From assembly GCF_001194135.2 (NCBI RefSeq), contig NC_068995.1, positions 53,371,478 through 53,435,477 on the forward strand: a stretch of DNA of 64,000 nt, written 5' to 3'. Positions within the stretch are counted from its first letter, which is position 1; each line of letters begins with the position of its first letter. The notes below the pieces were generated by a model. That model made no database searches. It saw nothing but the letters and a program-made list of their open reading frames with translations, and was not told where the DNA came from. Position numbers and translations under genes: made by a program. This document shows, piece after piece, positions 40,701 to 53,900 of the stretch. Source of the stretch: Octopus bimaculoides (taxonomy: Eukaryota).

Positions 40701-41937
40701 ATGTCAGAGAGTGGTAACATTGAGAGCTTTAACTCTTCTGATCTCGACGGACAACTTTATCCTCCAATGACTGCTGTTTCTCTTTGCTGGCAGGACTTGC
40801 GGATTCTCACATGCGTGCACACTTCTTGGTTGATTTCTGCTTCTTTGCTTCACAACCCTTACCTTAATAGCAGCCACACACAACTGTCATTGTGTACCAT
40901 CACAAGAATTAATCTTCAGGGCAACAGAATATTAAAGTTTCCGTCCATTTTATATGAATTATCTTCTCTTTGTTACTTAGATATTTCACACAATGAGGTT
41001 GATGCTCTTTCTGAAACAAACCCCTTACAGATTGGAGAACTGTGGCCAAATCTAGTCAAATTGAACATTAGTCACAACAAGTTACTTTTTTTACCAAGTT
41101 ATATCTTTCATTTACCTATACTATTTTATTTAAATGCTTCTTACAATCGCTTAGAGAACATTCCAGAGGACTTTTGGTTCACATCTTCGTTAGAGAATGT
41201 TGATTTCTCTTATAATAACTTGCGATCCTTCATGTGTCCAGCTTATCAGAGCCGGGTAATGATGTCAAATCGGCAAAGATATTCAACCACCTACTCATGC
41301 AATGAGAGTGTTTCCAGCAATGACAATTCAGAAGTATTCACCTTGGGACATTCCACCAGCCAAGAGCTGGAAGAGTATAGCGATACTGTGTTATCGCATA
41401 ACTTGAAAATGGATGTGCAACATTGTGTCTACTGGCACAGCAGTTTGCAGGTGAGCACAGAATCTGATGTGCCCGCTAACGATGAAAATGGACGTAAACT
41501 AGGCCTTAAAGTTCTCAACCTTTCATCCAATCACTTGAAAGAAATTCCTGAGGGTTTGGCTTGTTGTTTCCCAAACTTGGATCAGCTAAATATCTCGGAA
41601 AATGATATCTACAATTGGGGCAATCTCAGTCTTTATCCATCAATGTTGCGAGAACTTGATCTCAGTCAAAACCGACTCATCAATATGTCGTCGAAACAAG
41701 GTTCTACATCAACAAGCACGGAGTCGTTGTTTTGCTATAATACCAGACAGTGAGTATTCTTTTAATTCTTATGTTTTGTGTGTTTTGAAATGTTTTGTCT
41801 TTTTCTCAAGAGTTTCAGCTGATCATGTTGATGTTATATGATGCCTGGATACCAGACTAAAACTTACAAGTTTGTATCCTGTCACTTTTGTTGTAATGTG
41901 TCCATTGCCAAGATGCAACTCTCAGTCGACCTTGTCG

Positions 41938-41971
<34 letters not shown>

Positions 41972-44900
41972 GGTTTGCTTTGTTAGTGAAGATTTACAGA
42001 TAGGAATACCTATGTCTGCTGCAGGCTTCCTGATACCTGATGAGTCCAATTTGGGAGAAATGAGCATCCCTGCAGAAGCTGCATGGGAATGCAGGTAATC
42101 AGGGTTGGCTGCAGCATCCTTGTTTTTCCTTCTTTTTCACTTGTCTAAAGAGATGGTCTGAGAGCAGGTAAAGGCCACCAGCATCAAAGTAACTCTGCTA
42201 AAGATGTGTCTATGCTGGGCAGGACATGTCACTGGGATGGAAGATCATCGACTTCACAAAATCACCCTGTATGGTGAAGTCACCCCAAAATTCTATTAAA
42301 GTGAATATTGTTTTTGTTTATTTGTAGGGGATCAACATCTTCGTGGAGGCACAGTGGCACACCACCATTTACTTCTTACATACAAGACTTGAATACTTGT
42401 GTTCATCGTCAGCACCGAATTTTGGTGAATTTGCAGACATTGAATTTACACGCTAATCGTCTTTCATCCTTGAACTTCATTCATCCTGTTAATACATCTG
42501 CTGACTCTTGCCATTCACGGAATTCTGTTGGAACCGAAGGCTCTTTCCGAAGTGTAAGAATTATTTTACCCTTTTCTTTTTCTCCTTTTTTTTGTTTGTT
42601 TGGTGTATTGTTTTCTTCTTTGCCTTTCACCCCCCCCCCCCGATAAAATGAAGTACCAGTCAACCACTGGAGTTGATGGTATCGACTAACTTTACGTCTC
42701 CCAAAACTGCCATCCTTGTGTCTAAATTAGAAACAATTGTTGTTGTTGTTGTTGTCTTTGCACAGCTTCTAACGCTGGAGATGAACTATGGTGTCAGCTG
42801 TTCACTACCAGTGAACTAAGGTAACACCTCTTATTTTTCGAGCACCTTCTGGAGTATTCGAGCGGTTCCAAGCAGTGCTGTTTTCTGCAAGTGCTCCACC
42901 CTTATTGCAGACCCTATTTGTTCCACGTACTTCTCGAGATTTTTGATCACTGTTCCTAGGGCTCCGACATTTATTGGTACTACTGCTACCTTTTCCATCG
43001 ACCACAACTTCTTAACCTCCTAAGCTAACCTGTCATATCTCTCAACTTATCTTTCTTCCTTATCGCATACCTTGTTGTCAGATGGGCATACTATATCTAT
43101 GATCCAGCATCGTTTGTTTTCTTTCTCAATTAAGACTATGTCCATCTTCGTATTCTCTATCACATGGTCGCACTGAATCATAAAATCCCATAGGATCTTT
43201 GCATTTCTATTTTCAACGATGCCTTCAGGTTTGTGGCCGTACCAATTTTATTATTATTATTATTACTCTTGTTTTTTTTTTCAGTCTGCAACATCTGGAA
43301 TAGGTCCACCCCCAGTGGTAATATTCCCAAACTTGACCATGTTGGATGTGAGTTTTAATCGAATCAACAAAGTTGCTGGTGACATTGGTTTACTGTCTCA
43401 ACTGAAAATGCTAAATCTTAGTGACAATGATATACGAGAGGTACGTCAGTCGGTTTTTTTTCCCCCTTTCCATGTTTTCTCATGCATCCCACATGTTTGA
43501 TCAGGCTTTAGGATGCTAGCATTCCAATATAACAGGTGCATGTTGTTATTTAGCCCCAGGTCAGCTGATCCAGTGGACTTATAATCAGTCATATCACCCT
43601 CGACTATCCCCATTTTTAATGTTTTTGCATGATTGCAAAGCAAGCTTCTTAATTCCACAAATATGCCTCTGTCCATATTATATTAGCACCCACTTAACCA
43701 TATATACTAGAATATAATATGAAACTGAATATAATGTAACCCGCACATTCATTTACACCTGAAACTAGGTAAAATATTTCTGATCCCTTTTTTTTTTCCT
43801 TCTTAAAACCAAGTATAATGATATTCCATGAATTTGAGCCTGATCTTTTGCATTTAATTAATATAATTTAGATTATGTCATGCTGATGATTTCTAAAAAG
43901 AATGAAATAGTGCTGCACAGACAAATAACCGTCAAATGTAAATAATGTAAATGATTCTCATATAATACTCATGTAATTACAATATTAGTTTCAAACTGAT
44001 AAGAAATAGAAATTTAAAAAAATGTATTTCCTTTCTTTCCTTTTTATTTTTTTATTTTTATTTCTTTATTTTGACAGCTTCCTGCTGAAATGGGTTTATT
44101 GAAAAGATTGTGGAAGCTTGATCTGGAAAACTGTCCCTTAGAAGGGCCTGTGCACGACTTGCTTGCAATGAATCGACCTGCTGTTGAGATTACAGGCTTT
44201 CTTAATTCAGTGCTTGAAGCGTAAGAATTTTACCATTTTTCCCTCCTTATTTTCCTCTTCTCAGTGGAGGTTTGTGGCCTAGGGGTTAGGACATGGCATT
44301 CACAATTGTAAAATCATAGTTTCAATTCCCAGACTGGGCGGTGTTTTGTGTTCTTGAGCAAGACACTTCATTTCACATTACTCCAGTCCACTCAGTTGCA
44401 AAATGAGTTCCAGCAATAGCTGGAAATTTAATCCTGCAACAGAATGGTTTTCCATTGAGATGAGAGTGTTATAATCTCAGCCATTTATTTGCTATGGAAA
44501 CCTAGTTAGCCACACATCTCGTTTGTATCTTTTGCCAATCGTCCCTTTTATTATTTCCAATTCCTACACGGCTTTTTTTTTTTCTTTTCACATTTGATGT
44601 CTGTTTGTTTTGCAGGGAATGTGAATACAACTGCTTAAATCTGATGCTTGTTGGCACTCATAATGTTGGTAAAACATCTTTACTGTTGCAACTGAGGAAA
44701 CTCTGCAAAATACCCAAAGACAGTCGACCAAAAGTATGTCCAAACTTGCTGTGTTGTTTCAGGGTTATGTGTCTTGTTTGTAAGGCAATGGTGTTGGACG
44801 AGTGTGTTGTGTGGGGTGGGGAGAGATATAAATAAGTAGATAGATAGATAGATAGAGAGAGAGAGAAAGAAAGAAAGATTAAGTATCTAATGGTATTTTC

Positions 44901-46881
44901 TTTATTTGTTTCACATTTTCATATTTGAATCTTACTTGACATTATTATTATTATTATTATTATAAAAAGAATTGACCTAACTCTTCACAAAGGTAAACAG
45001 TGAAGACGAAGAGTGCGATTCGATTGTAAGATATTTTATTGGTTGAACGATATTTCAACAGTAAGTCTGTCTTTGTCAAGTTCAAAATAAGAAGGAATAA
45101 AAATTCAAAATTACAGAAATTTAAACGTAAAGTATGAACGAGAGCAACCAGCGTCCACACGTTGATGGAATGACATCATCAGATTTTAAAGTTAGAATTT
45201 TATAACAGGCGAAAAGGAAAAGACAGAAAAAAAAAGAAAAGAAAAAATGATGAGAAAGTTTATTTACTAAATTTCTTATTTTAAAAATTAATTGAAACTT
45301 AAGCAGAGTATTTCAACAAAGATGTGGAGCAATATTTTTCACATGGAACCATTTTACAAGAAGAATGAAAATCATTCTATGAGACTTGTCTGAAACCCAG
45401 TTCACAAAGCCAGAAATTTCTTCTCAAAATTTCAAGACTCAGTTCAATTCAAGCTGAAGTCATTCTATATAATAGTATTTTTTAAGCATTGAATGGCTGT
45501 AGGGCCCCTTCCCCCACAAATAAGATAGGAATCAAAAACGGTCCATAAGGAAAAATTGGTTGAGAACCACTGCATTAGTATGTGATTAAGGGAGATTTGC
45601 CTGTTGTTTCTAGCAGGTTGACTGATCATGTAGAGGCTCTCTTGTTGGCTTGTTAATGGTGTTGGTGGTGATGATAATGATGATGATGATGTTGATGAGT
45701 GGATGTTGATGCTGGTGACATGAGGATGATGGTGATGTGGTGATGATGATGCTGTAATATGATGATATTGATAATGGTGAAGATGTTACTGATGTGTGCA
45801 ACAACAATGATTTCTACGTTCATTCCAGCATTGGGTGGAGCGCATTGGAGGAAGCGGCACAGCGAAGGGACGGTTATTATCAACAGTAGGCATTGACATG
45901 GAGAAGGTGATTCTTGATAAACCAACAAAAGGTCCAATCACATTCCGGACTTGGGACTTTGGAGGGCAGGTAAAATATTGTTTTAACTCTGTCACTATAC
46001 TTGACCTGACTTTTCGTCCGATGTCACTTTGTCCAACGTCATTTTGTCCTTGTATTTTGATCCGACGTCTTTTTTGTTTGATGATTTTTTTTTTGTCCAA
46101 CAATTTTTTGTCCAATTTTAAATAAACTCTTTAGAAAACAAGATGAATATCAAAATCAAAGCAACACTGAGAATTTTATTGACAGGATTTGTCGTTGGAC
46201 AAAAAAAAATCACTGGACAAAAAGACATCAAACCGAAAGACGTGGACGAAAAGACATTTGACGAAGTGACGTCAGATGAAAAGACATAGCACCGTCACTA
46301 TACAACATCTTTATATGAGACTGGGGGTGGTGGCAGCGATAGCAGTTGTTATTGTTGAGGTCCAGATCAATTCTGATTGAACAAATTCCTGATTGAAAGT
46401 ACTTATCCATGACCATCCCATTTTGTAAGGGTTATCCAGAATAACATCATCTGATGTATCCCTCCTTTTTTTCTAATGCAGTAACTAACAGATACCAGAC
46501 TTTCTGGTTTAATACCCCCTATCAAGATCTTTAAGTATCTTATGTACGTTTCTTCCCAGACACACTTAATAATTTGGTTGTGTTTCCTGTTAATCATGAG
46601 TTTTTTTTTTTTTATAGCTTCATGTCTTGGATTGCCACTCTTTGCAACTTACTACCATCATCTTGCTTTTCCTCTGGTCTATGATATTAAGTCCTTTTGA
46701 ATTTGTAAACCCCCATCTTTTCCTTCGTAGTCCCTTACACTACAGTGGTCTTAAGCCTTGTTTAGAACAAAATTGATGAAAAAATGTAAGGTATGATTTA
46801 AAAGAATTTAGCTATTATGTCTAGTAGGTGAAGTAGCCATGTAGAGGATCCCTGTTTTCTCATGGCGGTAGTTGTGTTTGT

Positions 46882-46927
<46 letters not shown>

Positions 46928-48509
46928 TACCATATTTGCTAGTGTATGAGATACACTCTTGTATAAGATGAACCCCTATGTTTTTGCGGAAAAAAAAAGT
47001 ATGTTTTGTGAAAAAGCAAATTGAATATCTTTCATCAAATTGAATATCTTTCGTCATCCGCCCACACAGTTTTGGTGTAATACGACCTCATCAGTTATGT
47101 GACAATTCTTTGTTACATTTAAAAATAGAATAAGTGTGTCTCATACAATGACCTATAAGATAGACAGACAGACTACACCACATTCATTTAAGTTATATGC
47201 ACGCATATGTGTGCGTGTGTGTATGTGTGTGTGTGTATGTGTGTGTGTGTATGTGTGTATGTGTGTGTATGTGTGTGTATGTGTGTGTGTGTGTGTGTGA
47301 AATGGTTCAAAAACAACTTTTTTCTCCTTTGACAAGATATTAGTCCACCTGTTACCCACAATGGTTAATTATGTTTGTTTAATTAATGAAGTTGTTTTTC
47401 ATTGTTCTTTTCTTCTGTTGAATGGTCGCAGCGAGAGTACTATGCCACACACCGCTACTTTCTGCTGAAGCGTTCACTCTACCTTGTAATCTGGAAGATT
47501 TCAGATGGTGAGGAAGGTGTTAATGGTATGCTTCAGTGGTTAATTAATATCCAGGTAAGTCATGACTCATTCTTTGTGTTTCATTTGCTCGTTTCTTTTT
47601 TTCTTTGTTGTTATTTAACTGGTTTATAGTCTCAAGTGTGTGTGTGTATGTGTAATGTATATATATATATATGTGTGTGTGTAGAAAGAGAAATGTGGTT
47701 GTGTATTAGTGTATGTTGATGATGATGTATGTATGAGTGGAGGCCTGTTAGTGTGCTTGTGTGTATGTAGAAACAATGCTGTATATGCATACGTGTGCAT
47801 GTGGAGACCTGTTTATGCGTTTAGTGCATGTCATTGCAATTGTGTGAACACATAGAATTGTAGTTTGGCTCTTTAAAACAATATCACTTTGAGGCCGTAT
47901 GTGTGTGACTATGTCCATAACCTCAGTTATAAATTCAATAAAGTTAAAAGGATGGACAATAGAATGATTGTGTTTGTCCCCTTTCCACTGCTTGATAACT
48001 GGTGTTGGTTTGTTTACGGGTCAGCAAAAGTAACTGATTGAATAAGTCCTAGACTTTAAAAAAAAATGCTGGGGTTGATTTGTTCAACAAAACCCTTCAA
48101 GGTGGTGCCCCAGCATGGTCACGGTCCGGTGAATGAAAAAGGTGAAAGACAAAGGATAAAATGTGAATGGAACTGCTGCCAGATTAACCAAAATGGTTCT
48201 CTTGTTTATGTGTCGACATTTATTTCCAGTCTCAAGCTCCTGGTTCATCAGTTATCATTATTGGAACTCACTTGGATGTCCTCAAGAACCGATCAACTCG
48301 TGGCAGCTTCCCAAAAGACTTTGAAGAAACCATGATGAAACTCATTGAAGAACGGTACATGGTGCCTGAACCAGACAAATGTGGTTTGCCTATTGTGATT
48401 GATGCTTGGAATGTTAGCAACATAACAGGAAATAATGTGAAAAAACTACTACAGCGTATATACGACTTAGCTTTTGAGCTAAGGTATCCAAGTATGTATT
48501 GCTTAAGTA

Positions 48510-48560
<51 letters not shown>

Positions 48561-50037
48561 AGATCCATCAAGCCAAGTAAAATTGCAGTTGTGCCAGATA
48601 GCACCTTTGTTGGTGGCACATAAAAGCACCCATTACACTCTCTGAGTGTTTGATGTTAGGAAGAGCATCCAGCTGTAGAAACCATGCCAAATCAGACTGG
48701 AGTCTGGTGCAGCCTTCCAGCATGCCAACCCAGTTGGACACTGGGGCCGATTAACCAACTCAGCCCCTGCCGCAAAACTGATGCCCTTGAGGAGAACATT
48801 TTGCTGTGTGCCTATTTTTTTTAGACAGTAGGACGTCTGATGATGATGAGGAGGAGGAGGAGGAAAAAGCTGGATGCTTTTGCAGTCGTTCTGTAATTAC
48901 ATAAGTGATTTTCTTCTTTGATTTTATTAAAAACTTTGTTTCTTTTCTTATCTTTTTTTTTCTTCTTATTTTGCACTCTTTTGCAGAAAGTAAACAAACC
49001 ATTCTACTGAAACAAAAGATTCCAAAGAAATATTTGTACCTACAAGAAATAGTTCAAGAAATAGCGGAAAACAAGAAAGCTAATGGAGAAGACCCTGTGT
49101 TAACACGCGAATTGTACAAGTAAGTTATTTATTTATTTATTTAGCCTCCTCCTCCTCGGACGGTTTGACCAGAGCTAGTGAGCTGGAAGTCTCTTTTCTG
49201 TCTTTGTTTAACCTTATTGCACCTCACCCCCTCACTCACCCCTTCTGACTCCTTATCAATCTTTTTCCTCTGGTAAATATATCTGAGTGAAACTGACTTC
49301 ATGTTTATGCACCTTTTTTTTTCCCCCCTTATCAGTTACTTTCTCTGCCTGCCTGCTTGTCTGTCTCTGTGTGCCTGTCTGTCTGTCCATTTGTTTCCAT
49401 GCCGATTGTGATGTCTGTCATCTGTCTGTTGGTCATTTTGTCTGTTCTCTTGATCTCTCTCTGTCTATCCCTCTCTGTCTATCTGTCTGTTAGTCTCTCT
49501 CTCTCTCTCTTTCCATCTGTTTGTATGTCCCCACCCCACCTACTGCACTCTCTCCATTCTAAATTCAACTAGCATCTCTTCTTTCTTTTCTTTTTTCCTC
49601 CTTTCTTATAGAATACAAGTGATGAACAAGATGATGGAACGCATTGGGACATCATTTAGGGATGTTGCTGAACTTGATCAAGCCACACACTTCCTTCATG
49701 AAAATGGTAAATGCTGCTTCTGCTTCTTTCCTATTTCTGCTTCCACTCTTCCCATTTATCTTGGTGCCTTACCATACTTCAAAGTGCGTCTCGTCTGCCT
49801 GAAAGTCACAGACGATCCTGATGTTATTGATTCACCTCTGAGGTTAAAGGTTTTGGTGTTGAGCTCCTGACTGACCTTAGGAGTACCTAATGTACAGTAC
49901 AATATTGCTTCTACTTCACAGATTTTCACCTATCGTGGGGTTTTTGGGAACATAACACCCACAATAGTGGAGGGATTACTGTATTCTACATGGTTTTATT
50001 TACAGCATTATATACTTTGGGTTCACTATTATATATA

Positions 50038-50084
<47 letters not shown>

Positions 50085-50352
50085 NNNNNNNNNNNNNNNN
50101 NNNNNNNNNNNNNNNNNNNNNNNNNNNNNNNNNNNNNNNNNNNNNNNNNNNNNNNNNNNNNNNNNNNNNNNNNNNNNNNNNNNNNNNNNNNNNNNNNNNN
50201 NNNNNNNNNNNNNNNNNNNNNNNNNNNNNNNNNNNNNNNNNNNNNNNNNNNNNNNNNNNNNNNNNNNNNNNNNNNNNNNNNNNNNNNNNNNNNNNNNNNN
50301 NNNNNNNNNNNNNNNNNNNNNNNNNNNNNNNNNNNNNNNNNNNNNNNNNNNN

Positions 50353-50386
<34 letters not shown>

Positions 50387-50896
50387 TTGTATGTTTAAAT
50401 TCACATACTAACACAATAGTTGGCATTCAAAAATAAAGTCAAGGGTTGGGTTTATGTGAGAATAATTTCTTTGATTTACTTTGAAGAATTTCAAATGTCC
50501 TTCAATCATTTATTTTTTAGGTGTCCTTTGTCATTATGAAGATATCAACCTGTCTGATACGTATTTCCTTGACCCCCAGTGGCTTTGTGATCAACTTGCT
50601 AAAGTGGTCACCATTCGAGAAGTAAACAAATTTGCTGTCAACGGTTTGTAGACCTTTTTTTTTCGTTGATTTATACATCATCTTCATTATCGTTGTCGTC
50701 ATCATCACCATCATCATTGTCATCATCATTACCATCATTATTGTCGTCATCATCACTGTCATCATTGTCATCATCATCTTCATTATCATTGTCATCACCA
50801 TCAACTTTGTTGTCATCATCTTATGTCTGTTGAAACTTGTTAACCCCAAGATTCCAAATTCAATTCCAGACAGTGACCTGGATAATAATAATAATG

Positions 50897-50929
<33 letters not shown>

Positions 50930-53900
50930 TCGAAAAATACCTTAAGAATGAGAGCCCAGGTTTGAAATTTCCCCAAGACACCTGATGAAGGCTGGAGGGT
51001 ATATCAGCCGAAACGTTGTGTTAACAACAAACAAGATGAGCACAAATATCCGTCAAATGTAAATAATGTAGATGCAGCGATGTTCTGCAATAGCACATGC
51101 CCCTTCACCATACCAGACAATAGCATACTATGCCATGCTTGAAATGGTTTGGTTCTTGATCTAAAACAATTCCTGGATTCTTTGTTTCAGGTGTGATGTA
51201 TATGAAGGACTTAGGACTGCTCTATAAGAGTTTATCAAAGAGTCCAAATTCTGGTTCCCAAGGCTATATGTTAGACTTACTGAGTAAGTTTGAATTAGCC
51301 CTACAGTTTGATAAAGATAAACTTTTAATCCCATCTTTGCTACCAACTGTGCCCTGCGAAAAACAAGTTCTGGTAAGTTGTTTTCCCCTCCTTATTGTAT
51401 TTTCTGTTGTGTCTGGGGAGAGTCATTCTCTTTTAGTGCCTTACAATTTAACACACTCACTGGTAATATTTCCTCTCAAATTTTCATTGTGTCTTGCAAC
51501 CTTTTTAATAGTTGAGAATCCACGACTATTGAAAAGTGGATGTTAAAACGATAATGATGGTAACAAATCAGTGAAGAAATAACTATCATATTAATTTGTT
51601 AGAAAATTACTATTTTTAAATCTCACAACGAGAGATATTCAGCAACAGTACTTCGGAGTAAAGATTGTTTGCCAACATAACATGGCAGTCCTAGTTTAGG
51701 ATGAACGTTGCTGTAATTTAGCCCCAGGAGCCATCGTCTCCAGCTGGCTATACGGCACGATCTGTGTCCTTATATTTTCGAACAAGGGAATCTAGCACCC
51801 CCACTCAGCTCAAAGCAATATCTGTGTATCATGATTTCTGAGTTATACACAGATATTGTTTTGAGCTGAGTGGGGGTTGGCACTTCCATAATAATTTAAA
51901 TCTTTACTTTATTTCTCATTTTCTTTCAATCTATTTTCATTTTCTTTTTTTTTTTTGATCAGGTAAAATTAAAATATGATGAAAGTGATGAAGAAAATCC
52001 AAATTTGGACTTTGATGAGAGCATCAGTATAAAACCCCCAGAAAATTTTCCTACCAAACCACTACCTCAGAACAATCTTGTAAAAGTTGAAATGTCTCCT
52101 GTTCTTGAAAATAAACAAGAAAATTCTTTTGATACTTCCCAAGCAAAACTGAATTCTTATAAATTGGAACCGATCCATTCCATGTGCCGAATATACCAGC
52201 TAATGTACATACCAAGTGGATTTTGGCCCCAGGTTATTACAAGACTTTTGGCAGACAAATGTATATACACCACAGCTGAATACTTGTTTGATATCGATTG
52301 TTGTTGTGACCAGTGTCTGCCAATTATCCGCAAAGAAATTGTGAAGACAATTCGATGGCGGTGCTGGCAGAAACAAATGGAACTAGTGTACAAGAATTGT
52401 GTGTTACTGAGTGTGAAAGAAGCCAGTGTCGACTCCCCTGGGGTCATATGTGACTTTACACGTTGTACAGTCTTGTGTCACATGGGACAGAGGTGGGAGA
52501 TTGTAGACTTAAAACAAGCTTCCGTTCTGGAGCTTTGTTTCCCCAGCAATGAATATTCTATAAATTTTTATAACAACATTTCCAGTGAGCAGCAGAAGAA
52601 AACATCTCAGCAAAAATGTGATATAACAGAAAATGAACAGCAGAGAACTTCAAGTGAACAATATTGGTAAATATACAGAATCTGTCTTCTTTAATTCCAT
52701 TCTATGCTATGTATAATATGTAATAATATTATTTGTAACATAATAAATGATATGTGTTATTGTGTGAGTCTGCTGGAACATTTTAGGAATGGATAAACAC
52801 AATATATTTTGATTCAACATTGGTTTATGTGTCCATAATTCCATAATAATATCATACACACACACACACACACATCTATATATGGTAAATAAAAGGATCT
52901 GCTTTCTCTTGTAGCCTTTTTTGCCAGAATGTCAACAAAGTGTGCGACTTTACTCTAGTTCGCAATGAGAAGTTGTCCTGCAGACTTCTGGCCCGTGTCA
53001 TTGAACACGTTGACAACCTGTTGCAGGACTGGTACCCAGAGCTTGGCGAGCAGCGTTTCATTCAGAACATCCACGGTCAGTATCTGGTCAGTCGGCTTGT
53101 ACCATGTCCTTGCTGCTTGACCACCATACATCACAAACAGCAGAAAGTCAATAACAAAGACAATTGGATTATGGTCAATGACTTGATTAACCAATCAGAG
53201 CTGTGTCTAAATTTAGACAATATGGACGAGGATCAATCTAAAGACTGGTAAGTCTCTCACTATCTGATTCTCCCTTTCTCTCTTTCTATCTCTCTCTCAC
53301 TGATTGTCTCTTTGTCTTTTCTGTCTGTTTGTCTGCATTTGATCTTTTTTCAGTTTCATTTCATTATATGCTTTGTAGAAGTGAAATGGCTTGAGAAAAA
53401 AAAAATCTATAAAGAAAAAAAACAAGTCATGGAGAAACTGTGGCCTATAGGCTGCATGCAAACCTTTTCTGAATGGTACGCCTAATGGAAAGAAAATTAC
53501 CAAAATCACCCTGTATTTTTTTTTGTGGTATGTGGTCTGCTTGATGATGACCCATGTCTCATGCTGCCTATTTCTTCAAAATGGCTGCCCATGCTTGGTC
53601 TAATTAATAATCTTTGCTATGCATGATCATCATTTTGGAATATACGGTTAACCGGTGTATTCTTAGTAGTTCTTATGCTCTTCTTCTTAGTAGGAATATT
53701 CTTTGCCAAATAGACAACAGAGTAATAAAGAGATGCAAGCTAATAAACTCTCCAGATCAACCACTGTATATTCTTTCTCTTTAGAGATCAAGTGTTTGAA
53801 ATAATTGTTGTTTTCACTTCTCATGGGAAATCAATTAATGGTAATTCATTTTACGGATTAACTTTTGCCAACTCACATCATCACTAACTTCTTTAGATTC

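Noticed and set aside
43883-43915. CTGATGA-TTTC...GAAT-GAAA
   Set aside because: U-U mismatch at the 10.1/11.1 position and no stem III/UH/stem I; probably chance in AT-rich DNA.
47040-47102. Minus-strand CUGAUGA...GAC-GAAA hammerhead-like string
   Set aside because: Stem II is irregular and no stem I pairs adjacent to a UH site.
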